A stretch of DNA of 64,000 nt from assembly GCF_026571515.1 (NCBI RefSeq), contig NW_026858123.1, forward strand, positions 124,001-188,000, written 5' to 3'. Position 1 is the stretch's first letter. Each line of letters begins with the position of its first letter. Shown in pieces: positions 14,001-25,342 of the stretch. The notes beneath the pieces were generated by a model. It was not told where the DNA came from. It ran no database searches and worked only from the letters and a program-made list of their open reading frames with translations. Position numbers and translations under genes: made by a program. This DNA is from Ruditapes philippinarum. Taxonomy: Eukaryota.

Positions 14001-17000
14001 AGAAGCACTTCATTGAAGCCTTTATCTCCCATGTGTAAACCCCGTGTTGAGACGTACCCATGCTTCGCTTCTATGTTTTGAACTTGTGATAAAACCTTCC
14101 CCGCAATACTCTCAGGGCTTTCATTTCTTTCACATATTACCCTGGTATCGTACCATTTCTCGTAAAATTGTTGCCTATATTGAAGTATATCCGCCATACT
14201 GGTTCCGTCATTTTGACCCACAATCCTATTTACCTTCATCCGCTCTAGCCTCTCTAAAATATCTGTCATATGTACATCTAGAAACACCACGGTACCTGTT
14301 ACAATTGAATAAAATCTGACGGGGACCTGAGTAGAATCACCGACGTTCCGTAAGCCTAATACGAATTGAAAGTAGTTCTACCCCATGGGAAACAGAGAGT
14401 GTAAAAACAAATATATATATTTGACGTCCAAAGGAAAATATTTTGATACAGTTATGATTGAAAATTTGTCTGACAACCATTTTTAATTTAAATATGCCCA
14501 CTGATGTACACTTTTAAACAAATCCGACTTAATGCCAACAGTCTGGCATTTTGTACTTTCGGTTTCTACAACTATAATAATAAATATATAAATAATGTAT
14601 TATTTGCTTTTGTAGGTATGAATTCACTTACTTAAGTTGGACCTTTACTGGATATGTTGGAAATAAACTTGTCACCAACTCCCAGCATTAAATTACTATT
14701 TGTTCACATGTTGGGGCGTCCATGGCCTAGTGGTCAAGGCTGTTGACTTCAAACCACTTGCCCCTCAGCGCTGTGGGTTCGAATCCCCACAGGAACTTTG
14801 GATTCTTTCATGTGAGGAAGCTATCCAGCTAGCTTACGGAACGTTGGTGGTTCTACTCGGGTGCCCGTTCGTGCCTGAAATAATGCACGGAAGGGCACCC
14901 GAGGTCTTCCTCCGCCAGTAAAGCTGGAACGTCGCCATATGACCTAAGCTGTGTCGGTGTGACGTAAAACCCAATCAAACAAACAAACATGTTTAGTTTC
15001 TTGGCGTACTATTATGTTCGAGCTCCTTATCCGAAGACATACGTAAAGGGCCGAAAGGTTGCGATTGTCGGTAAGCTAGCTAGATGATTAAGAACGGAGA
15101 GGCGTCCGTCAACAGAACGTTTATCTGGAAATTCATGATTTCCGTTTTAATATAAATATTCGTTTAAAATAGTAAAATTCATAGAATTTTGTTTCATATG
15201 TTTTATAAAGAAGTACATCAAACCTGTGCTTGCAATGTGCGACATTCCAGCATCATGCATCGGATTTGAACCTGTTAGAGACACCACGTGATTTTCTGTA
15301 TGGAACGCTGAGAGAGCTTGTCCTTCTGCTTCAACAAACCGGTCTGAACCAACTTCATCTAGCTGAATATAAATTTATTCATGATAAATAAAAGAATATA
15401 TAATATAAGATAGAAGACTTTTGAAACGAAATTTATACGTGTACATAATTATGTATATAGTATAGAAACAAAATAAAGTAGTTATTTTAAACATCAAATT
15501 GGCACTCGATTCAATATGCAAAAACCACAATGAATAAAATAAATAAATAAATAATGTTCTACATGTGACCTTGAACTTGACTGCAGGGACATGAATTTTA
15601 CGCGCGACACTCTGCCTCACAATGGTAAACATTTGTGCCAAGTTATATTGGAATCCCTCAATGCATGTAAATGATTTGCTTCGGACAAGCGTTTTTCAAT
15701 GAGCTCTAAGTATGACCTTTACCTTTGACCTAGAGGCGTGCCCGCGACACATGGACATTTCTATGTAGCTCCATGTGTGTAGGAGATATGCTCCGTACAA
15801 AATTGGACGCCGCCCGCCTGCCAGGGGCGTTCTATAATAGGACCCGTTTTTGAAACGGGGATGTAAAAAACATATTACGGTCGCCAACTGTCGGTTTGTT
15901 TAAAAGACTAAATTGGCTTACTTAAACAGAACGATGTTAATATCAATATTCAAAACTATAAACAATACAGCTCCGACGAAACCTTCTTGAAATAAAGATA
16001 TTAATATAATTATTATCACTTTCGCAAATTAATTTTTGTATTTTCTGATCGTAAGATCAGTAAATACATAGCTAACATCCACGGTCTGACACAAAATTTC
16101 CTCACAGTCCTAACAACGCAAAGTAGTTCTCACTCAAAACTGCTTAAAAACCAGCAATTAAGAAGAAAGAATAATTTTTAATGTAGGCATTTAACGAATT
16201 ACAGTGCATTAAAAGTTTAGATTAGTCAATAGAAATATGAGGTTACAATCACAAATTTCGCGGATGAATATCTTTTTACCCAATGAAAAATGTTCGGCTA
16301 TTTCCGTAAAGCTTCGGATTATCATGAATATCATTTTAATCAATGAAAATGCTATTTTTAGCTATGTCGATTACCGAATACTCCAGAGCGTAGTACACAA
16401 ATAAATCTGACTGTCGAGTAGTGGAATATATACATGTCGGACTGTTTTGGCGAGAAGATTTTCGCTAAATTATTTTCATCAGTGTTAAACAACAGGTTTA
16501 TCGTGAACAAAATACCTCGAAATTAATAAGGATTGCAAACACGAAATGGAAATTCTCAATTTAGAATTACATAATGTATTCGTTTTTATTCAAGGTACAT
16601 AGGTATGATTTAGATTGCAAAGATCAGAAAATACCATAGAGCTGCAGCCCTTTGATTTATCATGTAGTCTAGAGTTAAAAACAATAAACCTGACATTCTG
16701 TTAAAGAACCCATTATTGTTTTTTCTTCCTAACTGCCAGGAAAACACATGTGCCATTCAGTTAAAGAATACATGTAAAACTCGTTCTTTTGACTTTTCTT
16801 TAAGTTTCAGAAAATTAATTAAATATAGCATGGTCCGTTCATTTTTGTCCAATTTATTAGCATTGATATAGTCACATGGCCGAGTGGTTAACGCGTCGGA
16901 CTAGTTATCTATGGATTGCTGGCTACGTAGGTTCCAAACCCGTCAGGGACAAGCCGTTGTTTCCGTGAGCAAGAAATTTTACTCACTTTGCTTAGTAGTG

Positions 17001-17983
17001 GTTGGTTCCAGGAATGGATTCGAGTGTTTCAATAAGCTTACAGCTTCCAGCACTATCGCACTAAATTAATTTCGTATAAAATAATATTGACACAATATGT
17101 ATTGCTTTTATAAAGACCAAAACAAACAACAATAACAAAACAACAACAACAACAATAACCTTTTGAGCAACCGACATTCCCCAGTGAGTTTCTAGGTGAT
17201 CGTCATCTATATCGAGAACTGGTCGTCCTAATGCTGCCGATAAAACCCTACCGACGGTTGTTTTACCACATCCGGGACTTCCCATAAGAATGATATTGTT
17301 CTATATAGACAAAAAATGTAGCTATGTACATATATTTTCAAACACAAGAGAAAAAACTAGTGCAAGACAATATATAAGCCGCGTCATGACAAAACCAACA
17401 TAATGGGTTTGCGACCAGCATGGATCCAGACCAGCCTGCGCATCCGCGCAGTCTGATCAGGATCCATGCTGTTCGCTTACAAACCCTATAACAAGTAGAG
17501 AAACTGATAGTGAACAGCATGGATCCTGATCAGACTGCGCGGATACGCAGGCTGGTCTGGATCCATGCTGGTCGCAAACCCATTATGTTGGTTTTGTCAT
17601 GATTATTTAGTTCATTTGACGCTTATGAGGTTAGAATGAAAACCTCCTGTCCCTAAATATAAAATTACCCTCGTTCGACGGTTATACAACATGTAACTTA
17701 ACATGGCTTATCTACGTGACTTGTTTTACTTCGTGAAACAAAATTACATGACACCGACGTTTATCATTGAATCACGACTCACAATTTTCAATATCCTTTA
17801 TTTGTTATATTCTATTCATTCTAATATGTCAGCAAGGAATATTGTTTTAGAAAATTAGTGCATGCAGTAAAAATGTAAAATTACCTTGACATTTGAAGCA
17901 TTATTTCGGAGTTTGCTACCGCAAAAGTACATGCGTCTATGTCGAAAACAACATCCTCTTCGAACCAGTAATTTCAGGATCAT
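8050..17983 (-). CDS. THNSL1: Threonine synthase-like 1 (shikimate-kinase-like P-loop domain + PLP-dependent threonine synthase fold), 11 coding exons, 713 aa
   Basis: Exons: 17885-17983, 17160-17300, 15224-15362, 13647-14295, 13262-13332, 12621-12731, 12170-12275, 11575-11740, 9155-9406, 8743-8833, 8050-8366. All introns are GT-AG with consistent phases; total 2142 nt. Motifs: GSPGCGKT (Walker A), YVSTRG, QGLASDGGL, ELFHGPTASFKD (PLP Lys), VATSGDTG, SAANSISWGR, VPTGNFGN, SPAIDILVSSNLER, DPHT, STAHPGKF. Confidence 0.95.
9495..9650. repeat. Degenerate long hairpin repeat in THNSL1 intron
   Basis: gatattcaagttttt...tgatatgaaaat pairs with attttcatatca...aaaagacttgaatatt. Confidence 0.45.
10648..10815 (+). 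mobile_element. Degenerate tRNA-derived SINE
   Basis: Box A-like GGTGGCCTAGTGGTTAAGG and a decayed box B. The 3' part (tagtact...ttctaggaagtggactcga) resembles the SINEs at 16871 and 37703. Confidence 0.65.
10826..11466. repeat. Pyrimidine-rich degenerate minisatellite (about 24-bp unit TTTACCTCTCTCACATGTTTGCTGTCC-like)
   Basis: More than 20 imperfect units in THNSL1 intron 8. Confidence 0.8.
14713..14986 (+). mobile_element. Full-length tRNA-head SINE (central domain resembles Meta-type mollusc SINEs)
   Basis: Box A TGGCCTAGTGG, box B GGTTCGAATCC, (CAAA)n tail, 7-bp TSD ACATGTT (14706-14712 / 14987-14993). Family label is from recall. Confidence 0.85.
15562..15870 (+). mobile_element. Helitron/Helentron-associated non-autonomous (HINE-like) element, 3' part
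   Basis: TGACCTTGA/TGACCTTT motifs, a CGCC micro-repeat, then a terminal hairpin CCCGTTTTTGAAACGGG followed by an A-run. Confidence 0.55.
16871..17072 (+). mobile_element. tRNA-head SINE with CORE-like domain
   Basis: Box A TGGCCGAGTGG, box B GGTTCCAAACC, 'tgagcaagaaattttactcactttgcttagta' core. Homologous to 37703 and 41647. Confidence 0.8.
17376..17602. mobile_element. Near-perfect palindromic MITE (about 95-bp arms) in THNSL1 intron 1
   Basis: TCATGACAAAACCAACATAATGGGTTTGCGACCAGCATGGATCCAGACCAGCCTGCG... is mirrored almost exactly up to 17602. Confidence 0.9.
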
Positions 17984-18773
17984 TTCGTTTCTTTAATCAC
18001 AGACTATAATTAAATCATCCGTAATACTTTGGTAGAACATTGCTAAATAATGAGTTTCATATTACATCATAAAATCATATATGATAACACGCCCATTCTT
18101 ACGTAAAAAGTCAAATAAACAAACTATGTGCCATTTAAATCCCCAAAACAACTTAGAATAGGAATAACATTATTAATTTCATTATTTATTTGCGTATATA
18201 ATATAATTAATTTTTTATAGATAAAAAATAATGTAACCAAATATTTTTACTACATAATATACGAGATTCTTAAGTCTTAATAACTAGAATTAGTCCGTAC
18301 TTTAATTCCTATCACAAGGTCGCCTTAATTAAAAAAAGCCTTGTTTCGCGATTCAGATAATTAATTGAACAAACATAATCATATAGTAATATTTTATTAC
18401 ATATTACTTCGTTAGTTTCCATAAAAATCTGATTGTCGTTTTTGTCATCCCTTTAATATTACAGAATACAAATTAATACGAAATAAGGGCAAAGGTGGAA
18501 TAACACCTACACTCTCATACCATAGGGTTAAATCTTATCAGATGTACTAATCTATGCTAGCAGTTGAAAGTACATAATTATGTAAAACGCCTGACTGGTG
18601 TCTGTGTAATTTGTACAGTAAATTGTACCCACACACTCGTGAAAAAAATAAAAAGTTAACATTAATATCTTATAATAGCAGAAAATGAAATTTATATTTC
18701 GAAAAAGTTCAAAGTTATGTTTAAATGTATATCCAAGATAAGACCCCGGGGTCTCAACGAGTATCTATATTAT

Positions 18774-19102
18774 CACAGACGCTTGGGGGTCAGATCCTGA
18801 CCCCAACGTGATACGCCCCTGTTAACACGAACACGAATGGGATATCTATTACAACGATAAAACTGGTTTTTAAACAATTTTTACATATCTGAAAAAAATA
18901 CCATATAAAATCAAGTCTCTTTTTAGACTTGATGGTGTATGGTATTTTTTTCATAAATGTGAAAATTGTTTGAAAACCAGTTTTATCGTTGTTCATAATA
19001 GATACCCCATTCGTGTTCAAATATTAAAATAGTTTTGATAGAGTACGTGTTAACAGGGGCGTATCACGTTGGGGGCCAGGATCTGACCCCCAAGCGTCTG
19101 TG
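18774..19102. mobile_element. MITE with about 55-bp TIRs and 8-bp TSD (P-element-like CACAG termini)
   Basis: CACAGACGCTTGGGGGTCAGATCCTG...CAGGATCTGACCCCCAAGCGTCTGTG. TATATTAT at 18766-18773 and 19103-19110. Confidence 0.85.
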
Positions 19103-20910
19103 TATATTATATGAAGCTTATTCTGTATTTGTAGTTAATAATTGTATAAATTATATTATCTATTGCAGGACATCAATTAGTAACTTTGACACGTACATTT
19201 AACAACGTATGTTTTAGATCGAATCCGACGATGCAGTTTACTGGCATTTATTAGCACGTTAAAAATAACCTTGATCTACTCAAATACGAGCAAACAAAAA
19301 TAAAATCTGACCTGCTTTATCTTTAATCTCAAAATTTAAAAGACTTACTAAGTCACAAAATCTATAGACATGAACTATAGGTACTGCAAAATGTGTTAAA
19401 CGGATTAACTGATACAGGTAAAGCAAAAGTTATGCTCGAAATTGCATGGTAAAAGCCCTTTTAATTTAGTTATATTTGGATAACTTACATCAACTTACCC
19501 ATAACTAGTCCTAACACGGAAAGATAAAATGAAAAAAAAACCAACCAGAGAATACTCGTTTGCAAATGTAACTGACCTAGAAAGGGAAGTAACTTTAGAT
19601 TACTTTTTACAATGTGAGATTTTATTACTTCCCTTCCCTCTCAGAAACGAATATATTTTCGTTCTTTATAAAGGTAAATAATGGTTTCAGAGCATTTTAG
19701 ATGCGTATCACCTGGAGAAAGTGGAGCTGAATGTGAAGTTATTTGTTACGAAACTAGCAAAATGTAAACAAGCTAGTAATTTGTCTTTCATACTAAATAC
19801 TAAACTAAACTAAACTACAAAGTACTAAAATGATACCACTATACCTCTATTAATGCCAAAAGCAACAGAAACAAAAGATGGTTCAGGTTTTGTTTGTTTT
19901 TTTGTTTGTTTCATTTTACGCCTTTTCCCAACAGTATTTCAGTCATATAGGCGGGTAGTTTCCTAACGATCGTTCCTGGAGAGTTACACCAGTACTTGAC
20001 TACCTTCCTCCGCGCTAAACTACCAAAGCATCTAAATGACCAATAAGTAATTTTTTTGAAACTATAACAGAGAACCAAAAATAAAGAAATAATGATAAAA
20101 ACATTCATATTAAGAGTAAAAAACGAGCCTTTAAATACTTAGAGAAACTCTGGATGGTACTGCGTTCATTAAACGTTTTTTCGTTGAGATATATTTTAGT
20201 TCGTGCTGTGTTTGTTTATGACGAGGAACTGTTATGTTCTGTGTTGCGTCCTACTAACTTGTCTCGCCTATCTGATTTTGTTCTTGGACTTCCATAATGA
20301 GGATTAATAAGAGAGTATATATATTTTATATTAAAGTCCCATTAAGCCTTAAAATGCTATCACTTTATTTTTTTCAAAAACCTCTTTTATATTTTTTGTG
20401 TCCTTTAACAGTTTCCTAAAAAGGTTACTTATTTGTCATTTTTATGAGCCATGTTTTGTTTCTTTCACGCTTTGGTATAGCTACAGTTATAATATCTTGT
20501 ATGGAGGTCAAAAAAACCAATTTGTTTACATTTTTACTACATGTACCTTTAACACAAATTATTTTACATTCAATGGAATTTTCATCAGATAATGAGCATC
20601 TCATGTGTTCTAAAACCTTATTACAACATTTTTAACTTTTGACAGACAGAATGAAACATTTATGAATTTCTGAAGCATAATGTGCCTTTAATGAACAGGT
20701 ATCATTGAATGATCTACTTATTTGGTATCTCCATCAGTTCAGAATGAGAAAAAATGGGGAAAAAAAACTTGTTTTTCAATATCGTAATGATGTCGTAAGT
20801 TATTTTTATTTAATTATTTTTATTATTTTTATGACCGTTTTAAAGGATTGGCCAACCTCGTAACGTTAAACCTGACTCGTCTTTCTGCCATTTTATATCA
20901 TTATCTTTAA

Positions 20911-21534
20911 CCCATTACTTCATGAGCATTTTGTGAAAAATGGCTGTTTTCATTGAAAAGTCTCCCGTTACAAGTTCAAATTGCTATAATACTATTAAAA
21001 CTGCTTCAACACTAATCAAACTTGGCACAAATGTTGACTGGACCATTGCCCTTGCAACAACATGCTCAGGCTTAAATTTTCTGTTACCATGGCAACGAGG
21101 GGACATCTCAAAATTGCCAAAAATCCCTATTTTGCGTTGATTTTTTCCATCAAAATTGATTTCAAAGTGCTGCAATTTCTCAATGGATTGAGATAGAGTC
21201 AACTGCTTTTCAGCGTTGGTTACACGTTACCTTATGATCAATCTGGGGTCATTTACAGCCTCTCACAAGTCCAAAATTTTCTTGGCGATGAGGGGGACTC
21301 CGCCCCCCTTCAAACCCCCCAAACAGAAGGGGGCACATCCCCCTTCTGGCAACCCCCTGATGTATCTTTTGGTTGGGGGCCGCGCCGAAAAAGAGGTCAC
21401 TATTTTTAACAACATTTCTCAAACAAAAACAAGTGTTTGGGGCCTAAATAAGGCATTTTTTCATCATTTGAGACAACAAAAAGGGGGGGGGGGGGTGAAA
21501 AAGGCGTTAAAAGGCGTGTATATGAAGTAATGGG
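20911..21534. mobile_element. piggyBac-like non-autonomous element
   Basis: TTAA|CCCATTACTTCAT...ATGAAGTAATGGG|TTAA: perfect 13-bp TIR, CCC/GGG ends, TTAA TSD. Confidence 0.85.
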
Positions 21535-21949
21535 TTAAGGAATCTTTAGTTAACTATGTAAATTCTTTCCGTTTAATATCGTTCGTTTGATATCGTTTTG
21601 TAGCATTGCTCATTTGTACAAATACCTGTCTCATAAAATATTATTTTGCCTTTTAAATGAATAAACGAAAGGTAGTTTTTTATTTACATCACTATTAGTG
21701 TTAACCTTTTCTTAAAATTATACTTATATAATTATCATTATTTTGCCAGATTAAACGAGATTCACTATCTGTCAATTAAAGTGAATTGGTCTATAATGGA
21801 TCCAAGGTCTCTAAAACCATAAATAATTATGTTGATAGTGTTTAGTATATTATATGACATGAAACCATGAAATAATTATATACATGTATGGATGTTGTTG
21901 GTAAGTATGAAATACATAATCCGATATAATATTATACAAATATGGACTT

Positions 21950-23452
21950 TTTAGCTGTTGAATATGATGTGATATGTACTGAAAAAATTAATATTGACCG
22001 AGGCGATTGGCATGCTAATCCCTATTGTTCTTAAAAATGAATAACGGTAACTAATATAGACTAATTTGACTCTTATGTACACCCAACTCAACGTTTTTTT
22101 TAGAATGATAACAACAAACTTGGCGTGACGTCACGTCAAAGTCTCGCGTCTTTTAGGGATTTCCAGAAAATCTATTTTTAGAAGAAAAACCGGTGAATAT
22201 ACTCTGAAAATCTATTTTTAGTGGGAAAAAACAGTGAATATACTTTGATATTGACCTGTTATTTTTTACAAAAAGTTGCTTGTTAGCCAATCAGGGAAAG
22301 GCATTTCAAAGCTATTTATAGATTATATAATAAATCTTTATATTGCTGATTATAATACTGCACGTTTGTAACGTCGCTTTTCATCGGATAATCTTGACGT
22401 GTATATAGATTTTTATTACCCTTCCAGAATTTGTCCGCCTTTTTGATTGGATATTGATCACCCGAAAGAAATTGATATAACCGAGCCAGACGGGTAATAT
22501 ACACACTAAATTTCCCCGTTGGGTACCCAACGTTGTAAACAACATGCGCTGAGGTGATGCGCGTACGGTTCGATTTTACGCGGTGTAAATTCCGATTTAA
22601 AAGCACTTTTTAACTTTCAAATGATAAATATTTACCAAAGTAAAGTAATGATACATATTCTCATCGGTATTGAACACAAATATGACCTTGTGAAAGCTTG
22701 ATATTAATTACAAAAAGTGCGTTCAATAGACTACTCCTTTTCTCTTGTTTACATTCGTTAAGTACGGGAAAAATACGTCATGTATTTATGTGACGTCATG
22801 TTGTGACGAAGAGGTACCCTAAAGGGAATCTTATTTCAACGTTTCATTTGAAACAGCAATGATTTTTTTAAAAAATCGTCTAAACTCGGCAGGGGAAGGG
22901 TAATAAAATTATTATTTTGGTTTTGGAGTGATATATGTGGATATATTACCTGCCAAGATAAAATATCACCCTCGCCTAACGGCTCGGGTGATATAAAATC
23001 TTAACAGGTAATATATCGACATATATCACTCCAAAACCAAAATAACATATAATATACGCGGCTGCTGTCGATTTATGAAGATATCTTACTTTTTCTAAAC
23101 AAATGATGCTTGCTATATTATAAATTCGTTATAAAGATCGTTGACAGGTTATATGGTCGTATATAAACGGCTATTTGCAATATAACCCTCGCCTAACGGC
23201 TCGGGTTATATTTACAAAAAGCCGTTTATATAGGGCCATTTAACCTGTCAACGATCTTTATTACTTATAATATACACGGCTGCTGTCGATTTATGAAGAA
23301 TTCTTACTTTTTCTAAACAAAATGATGCTTGCTATATTATAAATTCGTTATAAAGATTGTTGACAGGTTATATGGCCTAGCGGCTCGGGTTATATTTACG
23401 AACAGCCGTTTTATATAGGGTCATATAACCTGTCATTGATCTTTATAACTAA
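21950..23452. mobile_element. Cluster of hairpin-terminated non-autonomous elements (possibly Crypton-like) with a tandemly duplicated hairpin unit
   Basis: Long stem-loops at about 22912-23045, 23128-23264 and 23347-23449 share the apex CCCTCGCCTAACGGCTCGGG (partial in the third). Unit 23050-23267 is repeated at 23268-23450. Confidence 0.6.
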
Positions 23453-23711
23453 TATAATAAATTGTTCTAGAACACAATATTATTTTCAATGACTTGGATC
23501 TATACCAACATTTTTCTTCATGAAATATTTCATAAGATGATTTAAATGATACATTTCTACTGTTATATCAATATTTGAAAATCAACGTATGGAAATGTGC
23601 CTATTACAGACCAATCCACTTAAATATAATATTTAAAACCAAAGGCAATTGGATCACGAAAATAGACAATAAACAATAGAATATATGAACCATGGTACTG
23701 ATTTACCAGAT

Positions 23712-23946
23712 CATTGAAAGCCCCTCACCGCCCGCCAGGGATTTTGGATTTTTTTTATTTGTGGAAGCTATTCCCAGATAGCTGACGGGATAGCATACAG
23801 AACGTCAGTGGTTCAATGAATTATCGGATGCCCGTTCGTGCCTGAAATATGCACGGAGGAGCACCTAAAAAGTCTTCCTCCACCAGACTAGCATATGACC
23901 TCCTTTAGTATGTTTGTGCGACGAAAATCTAAATTAAATAAATAAA
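23712..23946 (+). mobile_element. Decayed copy of the 14713-type SINE
   Basis: Shares 'gcccctca', 'tgcccgttcgtgcctgaaat', 'gtcttcctcc' and 'catatgacct'; ends in a (TAAA)n tail. Confidence 0.75.
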
Positions 23947-24191
23947 CTAAAAAAAAAAAACCTCTTGGAATATCATCAATTTCACTGCGTAATTTTGGAG
24001 ATTAATTCAGCATAACTTTGATATGAATATATTTGTAAATCGATCGCACAAAATTTATTGAAAATGATCAAATGATATGGTATGGAATTGCTTCAAGGCT
24101 AATCTGTTTAACTAACAATGAATGATGGCAAATACAACAGGTTTGGCATTATCCGACATGCATAAAGTTTTGATAGATAAGGGAGTTACCA

Positions 24192-25342
24192 TACAAGGAT
24201 TGATCAAAAAGTTCTTGACCCGATGTACTTCCGGTAGTCAGAGAACCCAACTAATGGTCTTACACTTTGCCCACCTGTGCTCCAACTTGTTTAACCTTTC
24301 AAAAGAAAACTCTCTATTTTTGTCCTCAAAGAACTCATTGGCCGCCTCCATGACACCTTCATTGTTTCCAAAACGTCTACCACGAAGCTTGGTTTTCAGT
24401 TTCGGACACAGGTAGAAGTCAGAGGGGACCAAGTCCGGAGAATATGGGGGTATGTGGGGTGGGGAAGAATTTCAAAGCCACAGTCAGTTGCAGCAGCCAT
24501 CGCAACTTGGGATGTGTGAGCTGGCGCATTGTCGCGCAGGAGCAGAACGCCTTGAGTCAGTTTGCCCCTCCTTTAACGCGCGATTCCTTGTCTCAATTCG
24601 TCTGCATAGTACGTACCGTTTATGGTACGTCCTTGCTCAATCATAATTATCCCCTGACTATCCACCAAAAAAAATGAAGCCATCCCTGCTGATGGCACCC
24701 TCTTGAATTTCTTCGGAGGGGGCGAGCCAGGGTGCCCCCACTGCATGCTCTGTTTTTTGGATTCTGGATCGAAGTGATGGACCCATGTTTCATCCTGAGT
24801 TACGACCCGGTAGATAAAATCAGGTTCATCCTCATCGCGAGACAAAAGATATCTTAAAATGTCAATCCTGGTCCGTTTCTGGTCGTCAGTCATCTGTCTG
24901 GGGACCCATCTAGCGGAAACCTTGCCTTCTATCGCACATGACCAGATAGTGCACAGTTTCGGCAGTTTCTTCGTTGGTGGCCTCTTTTGGCCGCCTAGGC
25001 CGCTTATCATCTCCAATGCTCTCCATGCCCCTCTTAAATTCAGCAGCCCATCTTTTGCACAGTGCTAGAGGAAGGAGACTCCTTCCCAAGTGTATCAATG
25101 AAGTCTTCATGGATTTCCTTGGGGGACATCCCTTTCTAACAGAGGTACTTAATGACGGCTCTGATTTCAACTTTCTCCATTTGGTCTAAATGACCCACCC
25201 CAGTGTGTTGTTTTATGTTACTTAATCTGTGTAAAACCGCGTGTAACTCGGTCAGTAATCTTCAAAAAGATATCTGTATCGACGTATCGTGTGTAAATGA
25301 CAATGCAGTGGATAGAAGTATATTTTTGATCATACCTACGCA
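24192..25342 (-). mobile_element. Mariner (DD34D-type) transposon, pseudogenised
   Basis: ATG at 25180 (MEKVEIRAVIKYLC*). Motifs WVPRQM, TQDETW, LLRDNAP and YSPDLVPSDFYL lie across frameshifts. Imperfect TIRs centre on TGATCAAAAA / TTTTTGATCA. Confidence 0.92.

Noticed and set aside
14700-14921. 73-aa ORF or a real tRNA gene
   Set aside because: Lies within a SINE with TSD and tail; no proper acceptor stem.
15016-15070. About 45-bp similarity to 25697-25740 (cttatccgaagac...aaagggccgaaa.gttgcgattg)
   Set aside because: Likely the end of an interspersed repeat; too short to classify.
17200-17290. Bacterial shikimate kinase by horizontal transfer or contamination
   Set aside because: It is a spliced exon of THNSL1, a fusion already known in animals.
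20940-21530. ORFs inside the piggyBac-like element
   Set aside because: Short, with no transposase motifs.
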